Shown: piece after piece, positions 18,496-25,945 of the stretch
Position numbering within the stretch: the first letter of the stretch is position 1
Layout of the letters: the number at the start of each line of letters is the position of its first letter
From: Vicinamibacteria bacterium
Lineage (GTDB): Bacteria; Acidobacteriota; Vicinamibacteria; Marinacidobacterales; Marinacidobacteraceae
Length of the DNA: 64,000 nt
Assembly (NCBI GenBank): GCA_964291235.2
Contig: OZ219816.1
Location: 384,001 to 448,000, forward strand
Direction: 5' to 3'
Position numbers and translations under genes: made by a program
Notes under the pieces: generated by a model
What the model saw: the letters and a program-made list of their open reading frames with translations, nothing else
Databases searched by the model: none
What the model was told of the DNA's origin: nothing

Positions 18496-20489
18496 CCGAC
18501 CTGGGACTCCTGGGCGACCTGGCCCTGCTGGTGGGCCTCGCGATCCCCATCGTGGCGCTGGCCCACCGGGTCAACGCGCCACCGCTCCTGGGATTCGTCC
18601 TGGCCGGCGTGCTCGTCGGGCCTGCCGGTCTGGGGTGGATCGCCGTTCCGGAGAACATCGAGACGCTGACGGAACTCGGCGTCGCCCTGCTGCTGTTCGC
18701 GGTCGGGCTCGAGTTGTCGCTCTCCCAGGTGAAGGACTGGGCCCGCCTGGTATTCGTGGGCGGCGGGGTGCAGGTCGGCGGCACGATCGCCGTCGTCGCC
18801 GGGGCCGCCCTGGCGTTCGGGGTTCCCGCGCCCTACGCGCTGTTCTACGGCGCGCTGGGAGCGATGTCTTCCACCGCGATCGTCACCAAGACGATCGGCG
18901 ATCGGGAGGAGCTGGAGACTCCTCACGGACGGGCCTCGATCAGTCTGTTGATCTTCCAGGACCTGTCGGTACTGCCGCTCGTGCTGCTTTTGCCACTGGT
19001 GGCAGGCTTCGAGGGCGAAGCCGCCGCGGCCGCGCTGGTGGCGCTGGTCCGCGGTCTGGTGATCGTCGCGGTCCTGATCTTCGCCGGCCGTCTCCTCGCA
19101 CCCTGGGTGCTCGATCGGATCGTGCTCCTCAAGGATCGGGAACTGTTCACCCTGTGCGTCGGGTTCTTCGGCCTGGGCGCGGCCCTCGTCACCCACGCCG
19201 CGGGCTTCTCCCTGGCGATCGGGGCGTTCCTCGCGGGCCTCATCCTGTCGGAGTCCGAGTACGGGGTGCAGGCCCTGTCCGACGTGCTGCCGTTCCGCGC
19301 CCTCTTCGGCGGTGTCTTCTTCACCTCGATCGGAATGCTGCTGGATCCCTCCGTCCTGTTCGCCAACCCGCTGCTCGTGATCGGGGTGGGCGCCCTCGCC
19401 CTGATGGTCAAGGCCGCGCTGGCGGCCGCCGGGGTGCTGGCGGCGGGCGGGCGCCTCTCCACGGCGCTCGCGACCGGCGTCGGCCTCGGCCACGTCGGCG
19501 AGTTCGCGTTCCTGCTCGCGGCGGTCGGCGTGCCGCTCGGCCTCTTCCGGGGCGCCGACTACCAGTTGTTCCTGAGCACGGCGGTGCTCACGATGATCGC
19601 CGCCCCGATCCTGATCAGCGCCGGCCCCTCGATCGTCGAGTGGGTGGACCGGCGCCGGCCCGAACATGAGCACCCGGACAGCGAGGCGATCGACCTGGCG
19701 GCGGACCACACGATCGTCGTCGGCTACGGGCTCGCCGGCCGCTACCTGGCGCGCGTGCTGCAGGCGGCGGGGCTCCACTGCATCGTCGTCGATCAGAACC
19801 CGGAACTCGTTCGACGGGCGCGCGCCGACGGCATTCCGGCCCTCTTCGGGGACGGCACCCGCGAGGCGATGCTCGAGCACGTTCGCCTGCGCCAGGCGCG
19901 CACGATCTTCTTCACCATCAACGCACCCGCCGACGAGCGCCGCGGGGTGGCGGTGGCGCGCGAGATGGACCCCGCGATCCGCATCGTGGTCCGCACCCGC
20001 TACGTGCGGGCGATCGACGACCTGCTGGCGCTCGGCGCCACCGACGTCGTCGTCGAGGAGTTCGAGGCATCGCTGGAACTGTTCGCCAAGGCGCTGGAAA
20101 GCTACGAGATCCCGATCAATCGCATCTGGCGGGAACTCGAGTCGGTGCGGGCCGAGCACTACGGAGTGTTTCGCGGCCGGCCGCATTCCGATCTGCGGCT
20201 CGACGCGCTCAAGCACCTCGGCATCCACGACGCCCTGGAACTCGTGGAGGTCGAGGCGGCCGCCGCCGCGATCGGCGAAACCGCTTCGACGCTCGACCTC
20301 CGGCAGCGCACCGGATCCATTCAGGTCGCCGTGGTACGGGACGGCCGGCCCATCTACGAACGCCACGCCGAAACCTGCTATCGGGCCGGCGACACCGTGG
20401 TGCTGATCGGGGACCGGACGAGCCTGGACGCCGCGCTCGGGCTCTTTCGCTCCCCGGCTGCCGGCGATCCGGAGTCACTCATTTCGTGA
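18492..20489 (+). CDS. CPA2 cation:proton antiporter with TrkA-N and TrkA-C domains; probable CTG start
   Basis: ELGVALLLFAVGLE, SSTAIV, LIFQD, GAFLAGL, VVGYG; GGAGGT 5 nt upstream of CTG 18492, which overlaps the upstream TGA. Confidence 0.87.
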   Translation: MTDLGLLGDLALLVGLAIPIVALAHRVNAPPLLGFVLAGVLVGPAGLGWIAVPENIETLTELGVALLLFAVGLELSLSQVKDWARLVFVGGGVQVGGTIAVVAGAALAFGVPAPYALFYGALGAMSSTAIVTKTIGDREELETPHGRASISLLIFQDLSVLPLVLLLPLVAGFEGEAAAAALVALVRGLVIVAVLIFAGRLLAPWVLDRIVLLKDRELFTLCVGFFGLGAALVTHAAGFSLAIGAFLAGLILSESEYGVQALSDVLPFRALFGGVFFTSIGMLLDPSVLFANPLLVIGVGALALMVKAALAAAGVLAAGGRLSTALATGVGLGHVGEFAFLLAAVGVPLGLFRGADYQLFLSTAVLTMIAAPILISAGPSIVEWVDRRRPEHEHPDSEAIDLAADHTIVVGYGLAGRYLARVLQAAGLHCIVVDQNPELVRRARADGIPALFGDGTREAMLEHVRLRQARTIFFTINAPADERRGVAVAREMDPAIRIVVRTRYVRAIDDLLALGATDVVVEEFEASLELFAKALESYEIPINRIWRELESVRAEHYGVFRGRPHSDLRLDALKHLGIHDALELVEVEAAAAAIGETASTLDLRQRTGSIQVAVVRDGRPIYERHAETCYRAGDTVVLIGDRTSLDAALGLFRSPAAGDPESLIS

Positions 20490-20530
20490 GGCAAAGCGGG
20501 TCCGGGGCGGTGGTACATTCGGCGGTGGAC

Positions 20531-22816
20531 ATGTTCGCGGCCCTGCCCCGCGGAAGGGCCGCAGCCCGCATCCTGCTGCCAGGAATCGCCGCGGCCCTTT
20601 TGCCGTTTCTGAGCCTCCGGCCGGCCTTTTCCCAGGAGTCCGTGGACTTCGAGACCGCGCGTTTCGACCGCCGTCTGCAGGCGGTCCGGGCCACCCAGCC
20701 GATCCGGATCGACGGCGTCCTCGACGAGGCGGAGTGGGAAGGCGCGCCCCTGGCGAACGGGTTCACCCAGGGAAACCCGTACGAAGGCATGCCGGCGACC
20801 TTCGAGACCGACGTGCGGGTGCTCTACGACGACGAGTTCCTCTATGTCGGCGCCGTCGCCCACGACGACCCGGAGGGGTTGATCGTGAACGACCTCTCGC
20901 GTGATTTCTCGACCCGGGCCGGCGACATCTTCGGAGTCACGGTGGACACTTTCCACGACCGGCGCAACGGCTACATGTTCGAGACGAACCCGGCAGGCGC
21001 CAAGTTCGACGGACAGGTCTTCAACGAAGGGCGGGAATTCAACCGCGACTGGGACGGGGTCTGGTACGTCGAGACCCTGCGTACCGAGGGCGGCTGGCAG
21101 GTGGAGATGGCCATCCCCTTCAAGACCCTGCGGTTCCGCGAGAGCCCCGAACAAACCTGGGGGATCAACTTCCTGCGTCGGGTGCGCCGGCTGAACGAGG
21201 ACTCCTTCTGGGCGCCGATTCCCCGGTTCTTCAACTTCGCGCGCATTTCCTACTCGGGGACCATCGAGGGACTCACCGGGTTGCGAGCGGGGGGCCGGTT
21301 CAAGGTGACGCCCTACGTGGGGGCGGAGACGAGTCAGGGCGCCGCGGAGGCCGACGCGGGAACCATGAACTCCGCGGATCTGGGGGTGGACGCGAAGGTG
21401 CTGGTCGGCACCGGGATGAACCTCGACCTCACCGTGAACACCGACTTCTCCCAGGTCGAGGCCGACATCCAGCAAGTGAACCTCACCCAGTACAGCCTCT
21501 TCTTCCCCGAAAAGCGCGACTTCTTCATCGAGAACTCCGGCATTTTTCGCTTCGGCGTCCCGAACGATTCCAGGATCATGCAGTTCCGGGCCGATTTCGG
21601 CCAGGCGTTCAACCCCTCGGTGCTGCGCGCCAGCCAGAGCCGGGGAGACGATCTCTACCTGTTCTTCAGCCGGCGGATCGGCCTTTCCGGCACCGGGACC
21701 CCGATCCCGGTGCTGGGCGGCGGCAGGCTCACCGGAAGGGCCGGCGCCTACGAGCTCGGGGTCATGAGCATTCAGACCGGCGAACACGACGACGCGGTCG
21801 GAGCGGAGAACTTCTCGGCGGTCCGGGTGCGCCGGAATATCGGCGGCAACTCGGACGTGGGCGCCATCTTCCTGAACCGGGAAACGGGGTCCGGCAGCGA
21901 CCACTACAACCGCTCGATGGGCCTCGACGCCAACTGGCGGGTCTCGCCCGAGATCGAGGTCAACTCCTACTGGGCGCGGACCGCCACTCCGGACCGCACC
22001 GGCGACGACCAGGCCGCCCGCGTCGCGGCGAACTACGACGGCCGGTTGTGGCAACTGCGGGGCGCCTGGTCCAGGCTCGGAGACGACTTCAACCCGGAAA
22101 TGGGGTTTGCCCCCCGGATCGGGGTCCGCCGCCTGCTCGGCTACGTCGGCTACCACTACCGGCCGGACTGGTGGAGCGACTTCCTGCGAGAGTTCAACCC
22201 CCACTTCGAGTTCAACGACTACGTGAACTCCGACGGCGAGTTGGTGAGCCGGTACGTCAACTACCACTTCGGGTTCCGGCACCAGACCGGCGCGTTCCTG
22301 GAGTTCGGCTACAACGACAGCATCGAGCAGACCTTCACCCCGTTCAGCCTGCACCCGACCACCATCGTCCACCCGGGCGAGCACCAGTATGACGAGTTGT
22401 TCGTCATGTTCTTCTCGGACCCGAGCCGGCCGGTTTCGCTGAACGCCCGCTACGACTGGGGGGGCTTCTATTCCGGGGACCGGAAGGCGCTGAACGTGAG
22501 CACGGTGGTCCGCGTCGGCGGAAAGCTGACCGCCTACCTGGGCTGGAGCCGGAACGACATCGCCCTCCCGGAGGGCGCTTTCGTCGCCGACCTGATGACC
22601 GCGCGGGTGACCTACACGTTCACGACGAGCATGTTCCTGAACGCGCTTATCCAGTACAACAGCGTGAGCGAAGACTGGAGTTCGAACATCCGCTTCAACC
22701 TGATCCACCGTCCCCTTTCCGACTTCTTCATCGTGCTGAACGACCGGCGTGACCCGATGGGCAACCGCCTCGACCGCGCGCTGATCGCCAAATACACGAT
22801 CCTGATGGACTTCTAG
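20531..22816 (+). CDS. DUF5916 / CBM9-like domain outer-membrane protein
   Basis: IDGVLDEAEW, EMAIPFKTLRF, TVNTDFSQVEAD..NL..F.EKR.FF.E, FFSRRIG; C-terminal Phe. Confidence 0.82.
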   Translation: MFAALPRGRAAARILLPGIAAALLPFLSLRPAFSQESVDFETARFDRRLQAVRATQPIRIDGVLDEAEWEGAPLANGFTQGNPYEGMPATFETDVRVLYDDEFLYVGAVAHDDPEGLIVNDLSRDFSTRAGDIFGVTVDTFHDRRNGYMFETNPAGAKFDGQVFNEGREFNRDWDGVWYVETLRTEGGWQVEMAIPFKTLRFRESPEQTWGINFLRRVRRLNEDSFWAPIPRFFNFARISYSGTIEGLTGLRAGGRFKVTPYVGAETSQGAAEADAGTMNSADLGVDAKVLVGTGMNLDLTVNTDFSQVEADIQQVNLTQYSLFFPEKRDFFIENSGIFRFGVPNDSRIMQFRADFGQAFNPSVLRASQSRGDDLYLFFSRRIGLSGTGTPIPVLGGGRLTGRAGAYELGVMSIQTGEHDDAVGAENFSAVRVRRNIGGNSDVGAIFLNRETGSGSDHYNRSMGLDANWRVSPEIEVNSYWARTATPDRTGDDQAARVAANYDGRLWQLRGAWSRLGDDFNPEMGFAPRIGVRRLLGYVGYHYRPDWWSDFLREFNPHFEFNDYVNSDGELVSRYVNYHFGFRHQTGAFLEFGYNDSIEQTFTPFSLHPTTIVHPGEHQYDELFVMFFSDPSRPVSLNARYDWGGFYSGDRKALNVSTVVRVGGKLTAYLGWSRNDIALPEGAFVADLMTARVTYTFTTSMFLNALIQYNSVSEDWSSNIRFNLIHRPLSDFFIVLNDRRDPMGNRLDRALIAKYTILMDF

Positions 22817-22998
22817 CAGCCTATGGCAAAACCCCCGAGGCGTTCGAGCGGCGATGCATCCCGCCTGAACCACGCCGCTTTGCGGCGCTCTGCGTTGCGT
22901 TTCGATCGAAATACACTCGGTATTCCTCACTCACGCGCCTTGTCAGCCGGGCGCCTCGCCACTCTCGGCGCTCACGGGGGTTTCACCACAGGCTGCTA
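22814..22998 (+). mobile_element. 185-bp MITE-like element, copy 1
   Basis: Imperfect terminal inverted repeats TAGCAGCCTATGGCAAAACCCC / GGGGTTTCACCACAGGCTGCTA; three more copies in the window. Confidence 0.8.
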
Positions 22999-23030
22999 AC
23001 ACCCCGCCCGAGCGGGGAAGGAGAACAACC

Positions 23031-23429
23031 ATGAAGACCATGCTTGCCCAACACAAGGACACCGCCTATGCGCTCCTGCGCATCGTTTCCGGCTTCCTGT
23101 TCTTCTGCCACGGCGCCCAGAAGATCTTCGGGCTGATGGGCGGGAATCCGGCCGAACTGATGTCCCTGCGAGGGCTCGCGGGACTGATTGAAGTCGGCGG
23201 CGGTCTCGCACTCATGCTGGGCCTCATGACCGGAATCGTCGCCTTCATCTGCAGCGGCCAAATGGCGGTCGCCTACTTCATCGCGCACCAGTTCCGGACC
23301 GACGAGGCGGGCATGATGCTCGGCTGGTTCCCCATCGAGAACCGGGGCGAACTCGCGGTTCTCTACTGCTTCCTCTTCTTGTTCATCGCGATGACCGGCG
23401 CGGGGAAGTGGAGCCTGGACAACCGCTGA
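23031..23429 (+). CDS. DoxX family membrane protein
   Basis: LLRIVSGFLF..HGAQK, E..GG, MAVAYF.AH, GAGKWSLD. Confidence 0.92.
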   Translation: MKTMLAQHKDTAYALLRIVSGFLFFCHGAQKIFGLMGGNPAELMSLRGLAGLIEVGGGLALMLGLMTGIVAFICSGQMAVAYFIAHQFRTDEAGMMLGWFPIENRGELAVLYCFLFLFIAMTGAGKWSLDNR

Positions 23430-23544
23430 ACGGGCCGACTTCGACTCGCTTCCCGGCCTGATCCCAGGGGCCGGGAAGCCCGGACGGAGCGGAATCGACC
23501 CCTTCCCGGCGGGACCGCCCTGCCGGCGGTTTCGGGGGGTTTCG

Positions 23545-23763
23545 TCAGCCGGAGGTGCGACGTTCGCGCTCGTCTCCGGCGGCGACGTGTGGCTTGCGGC
23601 AGGCCCTCCGCCAGGCCGTGCCACGGAGGCCTTGGAACTGCTCCAGAGACAGGATTACGCCGACCTCTCTGCCACCCCGGACCAGGAAAACCGGGGCGCG
23701 CCGAATGGCGCCAGCCAACTGCCCAAACCTTCTATTCAAGTGTTTTGCCCGTATTTCTTTCAT
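23545..23763 (-). pseudogene. Orphan, degenerate Phd/YefM-like antitoxin
   Basis: MKEIRAKHLNRRFGQLAGAIRRAPVFLVRGGREVGVILS matches the Phd N-terminal pattern; C-terminus diverges; no toxin adjacent. Confidence 0.55.
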
Positions 23764-23878
23764 CACCCACATCGTAGCCGCGGCGGGCGATTCACGCACG
23801 GAATTCCGCCCAGGAACACGGGCGATTCGCAGATTCGGGGAGGTCTCTGGACGGTGCCCCGAAGTCGGGGCCGGGGGA

Positions 23879-24283
23879 TCAGCGCCGGCGGCGGCGGCGA
23901 CGCTGGACGACCTCCATCTGCTCCGGGTCGGTGACTCCGATGAACAACTGGTCGTTCTCCTCCATGACCTCGCCGGTGATCTGCAGATTCCGGCCCCTGT
24001 AGCGCTTGACGGGATCCACTCCCGTCCACAGATGCATGTGCGTCTCGGGGATGAGGACCAGGAAACTCGTCATGAAGGAGATGTGCAGGCCGGACCCCTG
24101 AATCCGCTTGACGTCCATGACCCGACCACCAACCGTGATTTCCTCGCCGAGGTGATCGGCGTTCACATCGCGGACCCCCACGACTTCCACCGCTTCCTCC
24201 GCCGGGGGCGCCTGCGCGAACACCGGGGGAGCGATCAGGAAAGCGAACGCGGCCGCAGTCGCGAGCGGGTTGCGGAATCTCAT
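23879..24283 (-). CDS. Secreted small beta-rich (OB-fold-like) protein with C-terminal Arg7, paralog 1
   Basis: Signal peptide ...PPVFA/Q; HLGEEITVGGRV and GRNLQITGEV strands; GAGGAG RBS. Confidence 0.75.
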   Translation of the reverse strand: MRFRNPLATAAAFAFLIAPPVFAQAPPAEEAVEVVGVRDVNADHLGEEITVGGRVMDVKRIQGSGLHISFMTSFLVLIPETHMHLWTGVDPVKRYRGRNLQITGEVMEENDQLFIGVTDPEQMEVVQRRRRRRR

Positions 24284-24505
24284 GGCAGTCTCCTCGGCCG
24301 ACCCCCTGGTTCGCGACCGGCGGGAGAACCGCAGGCACGGGCCGGGGCCAGCACTGCACTTTTTAGCGAGAGGCGGCCCCCCGAGTCAAGCGGCCGCGGC
24401 CCGCGGAACCGGCGCAGGGGCCCGGGCAGTCGGGCAGGCGTTCCCGGCCAGGCGTGCTAACCGGAACCCGGTCGCGTCAGCCGGCGCGACCGGGTGGGAG
24501 CGGGG

Positions 24506-24925
24506 TCAGCGCCTCCGGCGGCGTCGCCTCGGAATGATCTCGATCTGACTGCGTTCCGTGACCTTGATGAACGGCAGTTCGCCCTGTTCCTCTACCTCCC
24601 CGGTGACCTTGATGATGCGCCCCCGCGCGTACACCTTTACGGGGTCGGTCCCTTCCCAGTCGCCGAGGTCCTGCCGGGGGATGAACACCCGGAAGGGGTA
24701 GTCGATGTGGGCCCTGTCGAAGTGGATCGTGATTCCCTGAACCGGATTGCTCTCGGTTCTCGCGATCCGTCCCCGGACAACCAGGGACTCGCCCACATTG
24801 TCGAGCGTGATCTCGTGCGTCTCGACCATCGCCTCGTCTTCGGCAGGCTCATCCTGCGCGAAGGCCGGCGGAGCGATCAGAAGCCCGAACGCGGCCGCAG
24901 CCGCGAGTTTGTTGCGGAATCTCAT
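24506..24925 (-). CDS. Secreted small beta-rich (OB-fold-like) protein with C-terminal Arg7, paralog 2
   Basis: ATG 24925 with GAGGAG RBS; clear paralog of 23879-24283 (MRFRN.LA.AAAF, W.G.DPVK.Y, .TGEV.E). Confidence 0.75.
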   Translation of the reverse strand: MRFRNKLAAAAAFGLLIAPPAFAQDEPAEDEAMVETHEITLDNVGESLVVRGRIARTESNPVQGITIHFDRAHIDYPFRVFIPRQDLGDWEGTDPVKVYARGRIIKVTGEVEEQGELPFIKVTERSQIEIIPRRRRRRR

Positions 24926-25065
24926 AGCAGCCTCCTCGTCCGGCCCCTCATGGCGACGGACGGGAGAAAAACCGCAGAGGCCAGCCGGGGCCAGCACCCG
25001 GACATTTGTAACAAGCCCCTCGCCCGGAGTCAAAGGGCGATCCTTGCGGCGCCGGCTGCGGGCCG

Positions 25066-25788
25066 TCAGTGGAGGGTCTCGGACCGGCGGCGCCGGGTGT
25101 GTTCGTCGTAATAGCGATCGAACCGGGCTCGCTGCCGCCGGCGCCGGAGGTCGCGCCAGAGGACGCCGAGCCGACTGGGCCGCCTCGGAAGCAGGCCATC
25201 GCGCTTCAGCAGCACGTATCCCACCACCAGCCCTCCCAGGTGAGCGATGTGGGAGACCCCGTCGGAGGCCGCCGAAAGGGACCCCGCCAGCGAAATGAAC
25301 CCGAAGAGGATCACCATGTGGCGCGCGCTCATGGGCAGGATTCCGAGCAGGTACACCTGGGCGGACGGGAACAGGAGCCCGAAAGCCAGCAGCAGTCCGT
25401 ACACCGCCCCGGAAGCGCCGATGTGCAGCGCATCGAAAAACGCCGGTAGCGGCAGCAGCGCGAAGAGTCCGGCGCCGACGCCGCAGAGCAGGTAGTAGCG
25501 CACGAAGCGGCGCCGCCCCCAGACCTGCTCGAGCTGCGACCCGAACATGTAGAGCACGAACATGTTCATCAACAGGTGGAACAGGCCGCCATGCAGGAAC
25601 ATGTAGGTGAACAGGCGCCAGATCTGGAGCGAGAGGACCGCCGGCGGGTAGAGCCCGAAGAGCACCGTGACCGCCGGAATCAGGAGCTGGACCAGGTACA
25701 CCCCGCCGGTGATCAGGATGAGCTGTTTGACGCCGGACGGCATCACGCCGCTCCCGAAGCCGATGCCGGTTCGCTGGGCGCGATACAT
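25066..25788 (-). CDS. Rhomboid family intramembrane serine protease
   Basis: WRLFTYMFLHG..HLLMNM, GASGA, AHLGG. Confidence 0.92.
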   Translation of the reverse strand: MYRAQRTGIGFGSGVMPSGVKQLILITGGVYLVQLLIPAVTVLFGLYPPAVLSLQIWRLFTYMFLHGGLFHLLMNMFVLYMFGSQLEQVWGRRRFVRYYLLCGVGAGLFALLPLPAFFDALHIGASGAVYGLLLAFGLLFPSAQVYLLGILPMSARHMVILFGFISLAGSLSAASDGVSHIAHLGGLVVGYVLLKRDGLLPRRPSRLGVLWRDLRRRRQRARFDRYYDEHTRRRRSETLH

Positions 25789-25798
25789 GCCGTCAGGA

Positions 25799-25945
25799 GG
25801 CGAGGCGCCCGGCTGACAAGGCGCGTGAGGGAGGAATACCGAGTGTATTTCGACCGAAACGCAACGCAGAACGGAGCGCAGCGGAGTGGTTCAGGCGGGA
25901 TGGATCGCCGGGCGAACGCCGCTTGGGTTTCACTACGGGCTGTTA
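25799..25945 (-). mobile_element. MITE-like element, copy 2 (truncated at one end)
   Basis: Reverse complement of the copy 1 core (CGAAATACACTCGGTATTCCTCCCTCACGCGCCTTGTCAGCCGGGCGCCTCGCC); its terminus TAACAGCCC supplies the uvrA stop. Confidence 0.75.
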
